A stretch of DNA of 63,681 bases, filler included, from Guillardia theta CCMP2712 (lineage: Eukaryota; Protista; Cryptophyta), in NCBI RefSeq assembly GCF_000315625.1. It is 4 parts of 4 records of this genome, joined end to end, with 100 filler letters (N's around TTAATTAATTAA, not from the genome) between each part and the next. Parts side by side here need not be neighbours in the genome. Positions count along the whole stretch, not along the records: positions 1 to 27,990 come from NW_005434598.1; 3 more parts are not named here. One strand, 5' to 3'. Positions 1-13,389 of the stretch are shown piece by piece (the stretch's first letter is position 1; every line of letters starts with the position of its first letter). The position numbers and the translations under genes are program-made. Below the pieces are notes generated by a model. The model was not told where the DNA came from, searched no databases, and saw nothing but the letters and a program-made list of their open reading frames with translations.

Positions 1-217
1 GGGTACTACAGATTGGGACTTGAAATGAGCGATCAGCCCCGAAGAGTATCAAGACCTCTCGCCAGGTCAGGAAATGCAGAAATGTCTTATGGTCGAGGAG
101 AGGAAACTCGGGTAGAGCTTCTATAGGAGAGCGGACAGGAACTAGAGTCAGGCGAAGGGAGACCCCAGAGAGGTATGAATATGTCGTTATAGCAGGTACA
201 CGAGCAGGAGAGGGAGT

Positions 218-284
<67 letters not shown>

Positions 285-730
285 CCAGGAGCAGGAATAG
301 GGAGCGGGAGGGGGAGGGGAGATATGTTTTCCTTGAATTCAGGTTTCATCTCTTGCGATGAAGATCTTCAGATTTCTGGTGCTCCTTCGGGTTTCAGGTC
401 GATATCTTCATCCTAACTCCTCTTATTCCTCCTCCTCCTCCTCCTCCCTCCTCCCTCCTCCTCCTCCCTCCTCCCTCCTCCTCCTCCTCCTCCCTCCTCC
501 TCCTCCTCCCTCCTCCTCCCTCCTCCTCCCTCCTCCTCCCTCCTCCTCCCTACCCCTCACTTTCATTCTCCTCCTTTTCCTCTCCTCTCATCTTCTCCTC
601 AGCCTGGTCTCGCGCTCGACGGGGAAATGCCTGATGGAGCACAAGTACGCCAACGTGATCGGGCGACTCGTGAAGCTCTGGATGGCCTACAAGAAGGAAA
701 AGAGAAGACTGCAGGTAGAGGAGGAAGAGC

Positions 731-773
<43 letters not shown>

Positions 774-1090
774 AAGAAGAGGCGGAGGAAAGGACAGGAG
801 AGAGGGGGATGGAGAGGAAGGGGAGAGGAGATTTGTCAAGGAGGGGAGGAGGAAGGAGAAGAGCAGGGTCACTGAGCAGCTGAGCAGGCGAATCGATCTT
901 CCAACTTCGATCGAGCAGGACGAGGTGAGAAAAAGCAGAGAGAGAGAAAGGGGAGGGGAGGAGAGGAGATGAGAGGAGAGGAGGGGGAGGGGGCCGGGGC
1001 GGGGGCGGGGAAGGAGAGGAGAGGAGAGGAGAGGAGAGGAGAATATCCTGACGATGGTTGGCAGCACCGCCTGCGGAGCTTCTCAAGTAA
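1..1090 (+). CDS. 3' end of an unknown multi-exon gene (partial)
   Basis: Short coding-like segments bounded by AG/GT, e.g. ~603-714 LVSRSTGKCLMEHKYANVIGRLVKLWMAYKKEKRRLQ, separated by microsatellite-filled introns; candidate stop TAA 1088-1090. No domain recognised. Confidence 0.35.
219..296. repeat. (GAGCAG)n microsatellite, intronic
   Basis: Direct reading. The same unit recurs at ~727-772, ~4002-4072 (reverse), ~32716-32920 (reverse) and ~62186-62212. Confidence 0.9.
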
Positions 1091-1266
1091 ATGTGACCAG
1101 GACTAAGATGAGATGACATGAGGAGGAGGAGGAGGAGGAGGAGGAGGAGGAGGAGGATTGTTATTTTTATGTTTAATTGAAGCAAGACAGACATTCTCAC
1201 ATAGCATGTCTCATCTCATCTCATCTGTTCACTTCACTGCTCTTCTCTTCTTCTCATCTACTTGTT

Positions 1267-3998
1267 TCAACGCAGCAAAAGCTTGACGATGTTCTTGGCG
1301 TTCAACTTCTTCAAGTCGGTGTAAGTCTGCAAAGACCCGTCAGACTCTCTTAGCTCCTCCTCTCGCGTCTTCTCTCTCCGTCTCTTCTCCCTCCTCCATC
1401 CATTTCAAACTCCTTCGCCTCCTGCCCACTTGCCAGAATCCCTCCACTTCTCACCACCACCCCTCTCCTCCTGCCCCTGCCCCTGCCCCTGTTGCTCCTC
1501 CTCCTCTTTTCCTCGCACTCTCTCTTCACTTCTCACCTGTCCAACGCCCACAAGCAGCACCGGCTGGCCGGTCACGTACGTCATCGACACGGCTGCTCCC
1601 ACCTGCCCTCCAGCTGAGCTGAAGTTTCGCATGTCACACGATTTCTCACCTTGTCATCGATGGTGTCAAACTTGGTCAACATAATCCCGTCGATGAGACG
1701 AGGGGGGCCCTGGCCGTAGGCTGTTTCTTTGAGGGCCTGCGAACAGTCAGGAGAAAGGAGCAGAGAGCAAAGAGGGGAGGAGAGGAGAGAAGAGGAGAGA
1801 GGAGAGGAGAGGAAAGGAGAGGAGAGGAGAGGAGAGGAGAGGAGAGGAGAGGAGAGGAGAGGAGAGGAGGGGAAGTGAGGGGGAAGGATAGGAGATGGGA
1901 TGGGGGCGGGAGAGGTGACGGGATGTGGAGGGGCGAGGAGAGGAGGGGAGAGAAGATGAGGGGTGCGGAGATATCAGGGTCCGCGGTGTGCTTAGATGTG
2001 GTGGNNNNNNNNNNNNNNNNNNNNNNNNNNNNNNNNNNNNNNNNNNNNNNNNNNNNNNNNNNNNNNNNNNNNNNNNNNNNNNNNNNNNNNNNNNNNNNNN
2101 NNNNNNNNNNNNNNNNNNNNNNNNNNNNNNNNNNNNNNNNNNNNNNNNNNNNNNNNNNNNNNNNNNNNNNNNNNNNNNNNNNNNNNNNNNNNNNNNNNNN
2201 NNNNNNNNNNNNNNNNNNNNNNNNNNNNNNNNNNNNNNNNNNNNNNNNNNNNNNNNNNNNNNNNCAGGAGACAGGGAGGAGAGAGCAGATCAGAGCAGAG
2301 CAGAGCAGAGCAGAGCAGAGCAGAGCAGAGCAGAGCAGAGCAGAGCGGAGCGGAGAGGAGGGGAGAGGAGAGAAGAGCAGAGGCAAGGAGAGTTTTTATC
2401 AACCAGGTCAGGGTTGTTCAGGTTGACAAGCTTGCTCAGGGCTCTCATCAGCGGCTCGTTGTCCTAAGTCAACATGTCACTGTAAACTTTCCGGTCACTC
2501 ATCGTCCTCCACCTGCATGCGCCCAGCTGTGTCGACAAGCACAACATCGAATCCATTCTGAGACCCACGAAGATCTCAGTCAGGTAAGTCAAGTCTCTCC
2601 TCCTCCTCCTCCTCCTCCTCCTCCTCCTCCTCCCTCTCCTTCCTCCTCCTGCCCCCGCTCCTCCTGCGCCAGCTCCACCTCCTGCTCCTGCTCCTCCTCC
2701 CTTCCTTCCTCTTCTCCTGCCCCCTCCCGCGCCTCTCCTTCCTCCCCCGTGCGTCTGATGGCAACCTCACCTGCCCGGCATACTTCACCGCGTCCATCGC
2801 GATGCTCGCGGCGTCTTTGTTGTATCCCTTCTCGAAGACGGGCACCTGCAGGCCTTCACTCGCACGACCAGCAACCAAGGAGCAACCTCAAGTCGAGCCG
2901 CGTGAGTTTTCAGCTGCTCCACAGCTCCGCTCCTGAACGTGTCGCAAGCAGCAAGCAGGACCTGCGGGTTCGCCATGAGGGGCAACAGCAGCAGTTCTCA
3001 GGTACCTTGAGCTTCTGTGACTTGAGCCAGAAACAAACTTTAGAGAGCGAAGTCGACTTGCCGACTCCGTTGACGCCAACAAAGACGACGACGTAAGGCC
3101 TGCAGCAGACATGGTCACATCGATAGAACCAGCTATGCCCTCGTCTCCCACCTCTTCTCGTTCTGAGCCACTTTGACTTGTCGGAGAATGTCCATGCTCT
3201 GACATCGCAAGTCAGTCTTAACTAGACAAGATTTGACGGCGGCGGGTGAAAGAAAGCTCGAAGGTGAAACAGGTCGGGGACATCGGAACGTTGGGAACAA
3301 TCCATGTCACAAGACCAGATCAAGGCTCAACCATCAAGGATGAGAGTAGAAATAACAACAAGACACAATATGGGGAGCACTGTCGGAAACCTGTTTCGGC
3401 GTCAAGATACGCATCAGACCGTCCTCCATAGCCGTCTTCACTGCGTTCTTGACAGCGTTATATCCACTAACTTGTTTCCCCTGAACGATAAGCGTCATGG
3501 CATTTTCCATAAGAGATTCAAAGCTTCAATCGTGAATTCAAAGATGCAACAATCTTTCCAAACATCATCAAGTCCAATCATCACATCTTGACAACTGCCG
3601 GCTGGAGCCTCTCTTTCATTCATCTCCAAATCTTCAACAACTCTTGCACATTCACAAAGTCATGAAACTTCACCTCCAACCCGTTGGCAACACTTGCGCA
3701 TAATTTCTCTGCACATTCAACGGCCACGTTCTTCTCAACGAGCATGTCCTTGAACTGCCAACAACGTGACGTCAGAGTCTGAAACTTTCAAGAGATTTTC
3801 ACTCGACCTGCTGGAGAACGGGTTCGAGCTCTTCTTTTTCAAGAACCCTCGCCGATCCGGTGAGATTCTGAGATACAAGTGAAAAAGCAACCTTACTGGA
3901 ATTGCTTTCTCTCAATAAGTATCATATTGCCATCAACTCTATCAGCATTAATGTCATCCTTACTGTAATCTAAACCAAGACCTCTGCTTCTCCTGACC

Positions 3999-4071
<73 letters not shown>

Positions 4072-6128
4072 CCATTGCTTGCGCAAGTCCATTCTCATAT
4101 CCTTCTACACAGCGTCTCCTGTTCTCCTTCTTCAACGGCTACCTTGAGATACGAGAAGAATCCTTTGCTCTTCCCCTTGCGATCTTTGCCCGCCTGCCAT
4201 GGGAATTTCAGTCTGTTTGCTCGAGGCGGAGATGTCTTTACATCTTCATCATCGCTGCCAACATCCCAATTTTCAACATCGGCGACCTGTTAAAAAGGTA
4301 TTTCAACTGACGAAGATGCTGCACATGTCAAGAGTGAACGAACAACAAGAGCAGCTGGAGGGACATCGGTGTCGACAAGCAACCCCTCAATCATCTCCTT
4401 ACCCCTGTCCCAATGTATGCTTTCTTCTCCTCTTCATCCTCCTGCAATTCACACAGAACATATCAGAATGGCTCTGAACCCTCCTGGACGCTCTCCCACC
4501 TCATACGCGTCTTCCGGCTTGTCCACAGATCTGTCGAGCGAGCTTGCGTCTACCTTGCTGTTGGCAGCCAGAGGGTCCCAGTTTCGCGATTGTTTCTTCT
4601 TGTGCGGAGAGTCGCTGCCGCTTTCCTCCTGAGTTGTCTCATCACGACGAGACATTCATTCTCAATCATTTCTTCACGAAATCTCATCATCGTATCTCAT
4701 TCAAACTACAGAGCTCTCATCGCATCTGGCCGAGAATCTCCAATCTTCATGTACGCATCTTTTCTGTATCCGTCTCACATTCTCCTCAACTCTTTTCGCT
4801 CTAACTGCATCATCTCATCTTGCAAATCACAACCTTGGCGGACTTCTTCTCCTTCTTGACGAATCCTCTCTGTTGTCGGATAGCTCCCTGACAATTGAAG
4901 CTCAGGTTGATAGCGTTTTGAAGTCATCGTCTCACCTTTCCTCGGACCTGCGGGAAACCATCTTTGCACTGAGGGCTTCCGTTTTCAGTTGCTTCTTTGT
5001 CCTCATCTTGCTCGTTGCCATCGTCCTCATCGTCCTCGTCGCCCTTGTCTTCTTTCTGATCCTGTAATGCATCATGATCGACCACGATTCTCTTCCATGC
5101 TTACTTTTCGAGTACTCTTTGCTTTGGCAGGCTCCTGGAAAACTTGTGAGCGCGACAAGAACGAAAAGCAGAAACGATCGGAGCAGGAGAGGGGCAAAGA
5201 TCAGCAGAAGCTGTTTAGAAGGAGCAAATATTCCACCTTCTTCTGATTCGGATTTCTGATGTCCTTGGCGAGGCTTGTGTCTTCGAAATCCTTTTGTCCC
5301 CTTTGACGCCATGCCTTCGCCATGCATCAGACAAACGACAATACAGAACGAGCAGTCCCCACCTGCACATTCTGCTCGTGCTTGTTCATGATCCTTTGGA
5401 ACTCCTTGTCGAAATCGAAAGAGACAGAAGGCTGACGGAAGAAGATCAAACTCAAGAAAACAAACAAGATCAAATTCATGAGAAGAGACTTCGCCTCATA
5501 ACATAATTGCACGCCACAAATATCGACAAATCCATTGAACAATTCAGCTCAACAGTCCTCACCACTGGGATGGCAGAAATGCTATCCTTGAAGAGGCGAA
5601 GAAAGGCCTGGGGAGAGGAAGAAGTCACTTGAAACAAGACAAGCTGAGACCAAGGTTATGAACCGATTTCAACGATTCCAGAAGCTCGTCCACAAGCATC
5701 AAGGTAACAGCCTGGTCGAAAAGAAAGTCATAACACCGCTGATTGAAAGTCTGAGCCTGAAGCTTGCCTGCGCATACACTACAACGAAGACGAGGTCGAA
5801 CTCGTTCACAAGCTTCCATCTCAGCTGTCATGCAAGATTAATACCTTTACATCGACCAACTTTGATCTAGCCTGATACGTGTCCTTCTTGAACACAGTCT
5901 CAGCGCTTCTCTCCTCCAAGATGACAGTCTTGATCTTCAAAAGCCAATTTCAGTGGTTGGCAGAGGTTCCACATAGATGTCTACCAGGTCATTGATGGGA
6001 TTTCCTTTAATTTCACACAATTCCTTTTTCCACAAGACTGTCCCCCCCTGATGAATTCAGGTCAACACATGTTGAAGACGGGCGAAACAGAATCGTACCT
6101 TGTGCAGCACTGTAAAACAATCCAGCAT
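1267..6128 (-). CDS. SRPRA: Signal recognition particle receptor subunit alpha (multi-exon; spans N-gap 2005-2264)
   Basis: Spliced N-terminus [10 protein letters not shown]|[21 protein letters not shown] (SRX/longin). NG-GTPase motifs [82 protein letters not shown]|TYTDLKKL; stop at 1267-1269. Confidence 0.93.
1790..1870. repeat. (GAGAG)n purine microsatellite in SRPRA intron; (CAGAG)n at ~2291-2346
   Basis: Direct reading; both flank the N-gap. Confidence 0.85.
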
Positions 6129-6807
6129 GGAAGACATCTTCTGTCTACGGGAAAGGAGAGATGAGTGTCTAGCACGGCGTGAAGACATGCTAATCATGAA
6201 GTCTACAATTACAGCTGTGACATCTACTCGAACTGTCTTTGCATACTCGAAGTCATTCACTTCAGCGAGCAGAGGCAGCGAAGGAGTTCTTTGTTGTTCT
6301 CATGTAACTACGAGTAGATACAAGAAGGTGTAGTCAACCGGCCCTCTCCCTGTCTATCCCCCCTCCCTCCCCCCCTCCCTTTTCTCACCATCTTTCATCT
6401 TCGAGCCGATACTTACCCCTTTCCCTCCAATGCTGAAATCTCTCCACCCTTCCCCCCTCTGTCCTCGCTTCTCAAGGACTTCGCCCTCCATCTTCTCTCC
6501 TCCTCATCGCTCTCCTGCTCTCCTCCTCATCGCTCTCCTGCTCTCGTTTCTTCGCGGCCTCGCATGACATAGCTTCTCATGCAAACCAAACCCTACAAGC
6601 AAACCCCACCCCTGTTCTGGACCCCTACCCTTTCAATAAAAAACTTCCATTGAGTACCCCTACCATATCAAAATCCGAAGATAACCCCCACTTTGGTAGA
6701 GGAAACTGCAAACCCTACCCCTTCATTTGAAACGCATTCTGGTACCCCTACCCCTTGAAATCATTCTCTTTGGGTTTTTCATGTGCAAGTAACGGATATA
6801 ACGGAGA

Positions 6808-7154
6808 AGTCAGTACTGAGGCAGGCTTGTCAGTACTGACCCGCCGGTACTATCACCCGGGTACTTGACGGTGACCGTACGGTACGGTCACTCGGCAGTC
6901 GCGGCCCGGGCCGCCGCGGCGCGGCCGGTGCACGGGCCCGGCCGCCGCTGGGCCTCCCCAGGCGGGACCCAAGAGTCACTGACTCAGTGTCGGGCCCTGC
7001 GCCGCACTGGGGCACTGCATGTCAATACGGTAGTACGGAACCACACTGCCAGGACAGGCTACGGTCACGGCGACGCGGGCCGATCCGGCGGGCCCCAGTC
7101 GGCGCGGCCGGCGGCGGCCCGGCCCGGCCGCGCCCGCCGCCTTGGCGGGGGGGG
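6808..7154. other. GC-rich palindrome-dense intergenic patch
   Basis: GTCAGTACTGAC palindrome 6829-6840; GTGACCGTAC-G-GTACGGTCAC inverted repeat 6871-6891; many GGCCCGG motifs; runs into an N-gap. Confidence 0.7.
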
Positions 7155-8289
7155 NNNNNNNNNNNNNNNNNNNNNNNNNNNNNNNNNNNNNNNNNNNNNN
7201 NNNNNNNNNNNNNNNNNNNNNNNNNNNNNNNNNNNNNNNNNNNNNNNNNNNNNNAATCATTCGCCGGTACCGTAGTACCCTTCAGGCGGTTACTACACGG
7301 GAAGAGTCGGACCCCTCCCTGCCCCCTACCTCGGACCCCTACTACGTGCCCCACCCCCGGCCCAGCTCACCTCTTAATAAGGCTGCACCCCTCGGGCCCT
7401 CCGGTTATGACCCCACCCCCCTTTGCTCTCGAATAGTATCTGCTCTAGACATAGGCTGTCAGCAACTCTGTGCGTTACTTCGTGGAACTCAGCCCTGACC
7501 CTCCGTGTGTTTTGCAGTTATAACATATTTCACGAATGAGCTTCAATAGATAAACCACTACATCATACCCTTGACGTTGGAAACCTACCACCCCAGATAC
7601 TCTGTTGTTGGATACCACTATCAATCCTATGACCCTACCCTCCCCTTCCTCCTTCGTCAGTTCAGTTTACCAGAACAACCAGTTATGGTGGGCCGAAGGA
7701 GATCAACGCAATGGAGAGATGCAAAGCTGGCGGGAGGGAGGGAGAGGGAGAGAGTCGGAGGAGAGGAACTCGGAGCAAAGAGAGAGGTCAGGTGGCAGGG
7801 GAAAGACGAGAACAGAAAACCTATGATCGTGACAGCTTTCAGTTTCAAGGCGAATAACGTATGTTCCGTGATGTATTACAGTCGGGGTGGCGACTGATAG
7901 TTTGTTGAGCATTCCTGCCATATGCCTGGAAGCCATCCTGTTGATTTGCTTTCATCCTCTAATTCTTGATGAATGTTTGAAAGATCTCCGCACTCGCCTT
8001 TGCTGTTCGGCAAGGAGTCAACGTTAGTTTTGTTGGACTCTCGGTCACTTGCTTTAGCTCAAACTTCAAGTGTATATGTCGATGTTCTATGTTCAGTTTG
8101 TTCAGCATTTTTCTCTTTGTGTTCTCCCTCTGCTCATTTTGCACTTAACCGATGTTCGCAACTTCGTACGACACACCATGTTGTCTACCAACCATGACGA
8201 CACTACATGCTGTCTACCAACCATGACTCTGCGATGGCATGCAGGGTCTCGACATGTTCTCTTCCAAGATCTGAGAGTCGCACCTAGCA

Positions 8290-9993
8290 ATGAATGGTTT
8301 CACGAAACCAAAATATGCAGAAAGAGACGACAAACAGACAGGTAACGCGGACAGCAAGGAGTCGCAGGACCTGCCATTGTCGGCGGCACCTCCAAAAACT
8401 GTGGACAAGCTCTTGACAACACTGAGGAGTGCTGAGAGCTCGAAGAAGGTCGGGCAATGTCAAGGTTTCGCCACTTTCAAGCAGAAGGTCATCCGAGAGG
8501 GCAAGAAGAGTTCTCACATGCACCAGCTGAACGTGACTGCTTTCTACGATGGGAGCATCTTGCCGCTTAGGATGCAGCAGAAGGAAGGAGTACATTCACA
8601 TTCCAGCAATACATCGATGCAGTCTCCCTTCGAAATGATCTTCGGATTCTTCTGCAGCAGGCAACAAGGATCCTTCGACGGTTTGGGCACCTTCGACGAG
8701 ATCTCGAAAGCCAACGTCAGCATGAGCTTCTCGGAGCTGCTCAAGTTTGTGAGTATGATGTTTCCCCACCATCAATTCACCAGGGGAGAGTTGTCGTGGG
8801 TTATGAGCAGAGCAAAGGTCGAGCCCATTCCTCTCTCTGAGAGCAGCAAGGCAGACAAGAATGACTCTGACCTCAAAGCTGTGAGCTCATGTCGTGACCT
8901 GTTTCACCCGCTGACACTCCCTTGCAGTTGACCTACGCCGAATGGTTGAACTGCGTCCTGCGCCTTGCGCTCATCGCCTACGGCTCTCAAGACATGGAGC
9001 ACGACAAGATCATCGAGCATGTCGCCAAGGACCTCATGCTGGACAACGTGGCGGCGCTGAAGAAACGCCTTGACAGGATCGCGCGAACTAACGCTGGGTT
9101 CGGGGCATGGAAGGATGAGAAGATGCCGATGGAGGAGGGCTCATTGCTGAGCCTCAACATGAAACGACCCAAGGCGCTAGCGGAGTACATGCCGGACAAG
9201 AACAAGATGACCATCCTCCTGGTCCCTCCTGTCGCTCTGACTGTGATGGGAACTGACTTGGTTGCAGGACAAGCTCATGCGGTCCGGCACCTCTGAGAAG
9301 AGCGTGAGATGGGTGCCGTTCGACGGTCCTTACATCTCGATGATCCTCCCCCAGTCGTCGAAGCCTTACAAGTTCAACATCATGATCCAGAACGCCTCGG
9401 GGCATCCCCGAGACATCGGCTTCAAGATTCAGAACCTTCCGTGTTTCGAGATGCAGTACAGGCCGTCCAGGGGCACTCAGATCGCGTCGGGGCTCCAGTG
9501 CATGTTCGAGATCCTGGCTCACCTCAACGAGCCCGGAGAGTTCAACGGAGAGGTCCTCTTCACCAGCGCCGATGAGACGCAACGACTGGCCGTCTGCCCA
9601 GTCTTCCTCAAGGTCCTCCACTCCTCGTCCTCAGCCGCGAAGCTCTGGCACCCCCTCCAGGAGGAGACGACTCCTTCAGCCGTCGCCTACGACACGTCCT
9701 CCGACTCCTTGAACGCCAAGGGCACTACTCTCAAGAAGGCAGCCAGCACGCCCTCCACCCAGTCGATCCCTCGCGATTGGACCCAGCACCGGATCCACGG
9801 CGGAAGCAAGGACGTGTTCATGCCGCTGACGGTGAGGGCAGGCTTCCGACATGGCCGAGCGACGCGACCAGTCTCAAGTCCTCCTGGAGGACGATCTTCT
9901 CCCTCCTACTCTCCTTGGAAGCCAACGCATAACGGCTCGGATCGGGATGAGCCCCCGCACTCAGCTCGAGTGAAGTTGTGCCTTGCAATCTAG
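8290..9993 (+). CDS. Unknown protein with p25alpha/EF-hand-like helical domain and ASH/MSP-like Ig domain (3 inferred exons)
   Basis: ORFs 8290-8931, 8922-9296 and 9262-9993 join via short GT-AG introns. MSFSELLKFV...ELSWVMSRAK...LTYAEWLNCVLRLALIAY is p25alpha-like; FNIMIQNASG...IASGLQCMFEILAHLNEPGEFNGEVLF is ASH-like. Confidence 0.65.
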
Positions 9994-10157
9994 ATGCTTT
10001 GTGACGTGTAGCTTATGTAATGATGAATAACGATGAGATGATGTAATGAATAAATGAAGTAAGTGACTCTCATTCCTGGGCGTCGCATCTGATGAGGATG
10101 TTCATAAATTTACACGCAGTCGGTGGCAAACTATGTTCTGCTACATGTACACGCATA

Positions 10158-12282
10158 TCATTTCAAACCGGCCCAGGGAACAAACTCAGAGTGAAGGCCG
10201 TAGGGAACGCTGGAAGGAAGAGGAACGCTCTGTTTCAAAGACAAGTCCTTGGCGTCAACGATGTTGAGGAAAGATCCATCCTCCTTCCTCTTGCCATCTT
10301 TCACCGTCGAGCTGATACAGAGCAGGTAACCATCGTCCTCGCTCTTCCCTCCGACCTTGTTCACGAAGGTGGGCTCGGACACGAGGTACTGATCCTCTGG
10401 CATCCACAAGGTGTTGAGAACTTCGCCGCTGTGCATGTCGAGCTTGGCGAGGCTCTTGAAGATCAGAGTCTCTCGGGGCGTTGAGTAATCTTTCACGGGC
10501 CCCCCGCACGCATAAGGCGCGATGGCGTACAGGAACTGGTTGACTTTGCCCGTGTAGGCTTGATTGATCATGGGAAACTCCAGGGGCAAGGTCGAGAGGT
10601 ACCTGCAGAGAAGGTGAGGCAGCAGCAGCTCCTTCCCCGCTCCTTTCACCGCTCGGATACACACTTGCCCGTCTCCGGGTCGAGGACCCACTCGTAGAGA
10701 CAAGCGACAGTGTAGTCGATGATGTAGGATTCAGCAGTCTCAGGGACCGAACGGAATGCGTAGAGCACCACCTTGCTGTTGTTGAGGTCAGTGAGGATGA
10801 GAGAGCTGTCGACAACAAGAGCTACCCATCCTCTCGCTCATACGAGTTGGCTGTATGCAGCACAACACAGGGCTTGACGTCGCACCAAATCACGTCATCT
10901 GCTCCACCATGACGAGGCATCAAGCCGATCCTGAGAGGTGTGAGAACCCATGAGGAGACGATGGTAGTCGACCTAGACACTCTGTTGGCGTCGTACTGGA
11001 CGGGGAAACGATCCAAGATGGAGCGAAAGGGGTCGATGGTGAGAGGCAGGTCGAGGATGAGCGAGTACCTGCAGCCGGTGAGACCACGACGAGAGGAGGG
11101 GGAGGAGCAGACTTGGGCGTGATGGCAAGATCATGGATCATGACACCAGATGGCAGAGGGATCTGAGCTGTATGTGTGAGGCGACCTGCACTCTCATCTC
11201 ACATCCCACATCCCTCCCCCTTGACAACCTTCTCACCCTGAGAGTCCCATACGTCGTGCCTCGCATGGGTAGAGACTCCGCTCACATAAGTGACGCTCAT
11301 CATCTCTCCGGTGACGGGATCAATCCTGCAGGACGCTAACATCAGAGTCGGACGTGTCGGCCAGCAACTCTACTTGCTATGGGCTGCCAGGGCCCCTCCC
11401 GTTAGAGGCTCGAAGGGCACGCCTCCATCAAGGTTGCTCGCTCCCTCAACCGTCTCTATGGTGGCGTCCCGGGATACAGAGATGACGGAAGGCAGTCCCT
11501 GCTCCATCCGAGAAAGAATCCTTCCTGTCACCCCATCTGTCAACAACCCTCCTCCTACCGCACGGAAGGGGGGGACCTGCATGGAACGAGAGGGCAGTGT
11601 TGGCGGTGTCCTTCAACGGGTAGCCAGTCCGGATGAAGTTTGACATGAGTCCCTTCACAATGGGCCAGCCTCTTGGAGCACACATGATGCCTTCGAAAAG
11701 AACCTCCTGCTTCTCTTCCTCGATCTTGAACGCTCGCGTGCGTACCCACTTCCTCCCATAGAACACATAATCGGAACCCTTCCCTTGATCGCTGGGGGGT
11801 ATTACCACACCATGGATCATGCCGTCACCATCGAAGAAGCCGGGAACAGGATCGCCAGGTCTCGGGTTGGGTCCCACGCGTAAGAGAGCTCCAGCTGGAA
11901 GGTCGGAAGGAAGCGGCGATGAAAGTGAAACTCTGACCGAAGAAGCCTCGTCCGGACTTCTCACGAACAGCGCGTTCAAGACAGAAAGCTCCTTCTCGCC
12001 GCATGCGTTTCTCAACTTAGTCATCTCCTGTTTCAGAGAGGACGCGACGTCCTTGGCGATCGGGTCTTGGTCCGTCAATGTTGACCTGAGGGCAAAGGTG
12101 CCGCCACGGGGCAAGAAGCGAGGAGCGACATGGAGAGGACCCTTCCCGCACACTGTCTTGAAGCATGCCCTTGAGAGGAAGGAGGACGAAGGGAGAGGGG
12201 CGGGGGAGTGGAAGGCAGAAGAGGAGGGGAGCAGCAGCAGCGCAAGCACCGTCAGGCTCGTGTACGACGGCATTGGCAGCAT
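10158..12282 (-). CDS. Carotenoid cleavage dioxygenase (RPE65/CCD family), plastid-targeted
   Basis: LLRVGPNP, FFDGDGMIHGV, DTANT, EFPMIN and SEPTFV motifs. Four Fe-ligand His motifs: LAAHSK, MIHDLAIT, VLHTANSYE, YGLHSEF. Signal peptide ending SSA-FHSP plus transit-like region; TATA-like CATATAAAG just upstream (~12301-12309). Confidence 0.92.
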
Positions 12283-13389
12283 GCAAGCGGGGCCCGGAGC
12301 CTTTATATGCACTGCAGGGGTAGGGGTGTAATCCCTACCCCTCCTTGGATGCGATACTGTATGTGAGGGGGTACTTTTTGGACAAGAAAAGGAGGGGTGA
12401 ATGAGGCCCCCCAGCATACTCAAGTGCAAAGGGTGGGGTGGGGTGCAACAACATGAGGTGCATCACTTGCTTTGCTGGCTACCCCCCTTGTGCCTGTGTT
12501 TGTAGTACATTTTCTAGGGTAGGTTCATGTACCCCACCCTAGGAAAAATAAATGGGGAAAAGAGGGTTACTGTCTGATAAAACCACTGCTGTGGGGTGTA
12601 GCAGGGAGATGAGTGGGTACATGGAGGTGTTTAATGGGGGTGGGGTGGTAGCCAGGGTGTTCCAGTCCGATCCGGCGTTGGGCCCGGCCGGCCAGAGCCG
12701 CTAGTAGCCCAGCAGCAGCAATGCTGAGGGAGGAGGGAGAGAGAAGAAACCAGGAGGAGCCGGGAGGAAGGAAGGAGGGAGTAGTCAGGGATTGAAGTTG
12801 GTGAAGCCTGGGACTGGGAGGAGACGGTTGGATGGTCTGAGAAGAGCCTCGGAGAGAGGAGGGAGAGAACTTCGGGTATCACAGTGGAACAATTCCTCGG
12901 AGTCAACTCGGAGATATCAGAAGAGAGCAGTTAGAATTTCGTTTACAGAGAGAGGAAGCAGGTGAATTCAGAAGATAAAGATAAGAGTAAGGAATAGCAG
13001 AATTGGGACAATGAGCTTTGCAGCAACCGTGAGTTTACTGTTAGAAAATGAAGACTAACTACTAGGGGGCAAGAGAAAAGGCGATGAGTTTGTTGAAACA
13101 TGATTTGTGATGCTGAAAGCTTGATATCAAAGGGAGGCAAGTGACGAAAAGAAAGTTGATTGCCAGGAATATGAAACATTGATAAGTCCGAGATAGAGCA
13201 TGAAGGGATAACTAAGTCTTTTAGTGCACAGGACCAATTACCAACATAAATTCTCCTTGACGATTTGAAGGTCAAGAGGCCAAGTCGTTTCAACCCGATT
13301 CATCACACAAGAGAAATTCACGGGTGATACATGGCAGATGAGATTTATGCCTGGCCCTGTGAAAACTCGACACGCGGTGTGATCTGAAG

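Noticed and set aside
358-2467. Poly-Leu/Ser/Pro/Cys/Glu ORFs here and at 18016-19269, 32565-33144, 46012-46588, 60532-61661
   Set aside because: Largely readthrough of intronic/intergenic microsatellites or alternative frames of CAG/GAG tracts.
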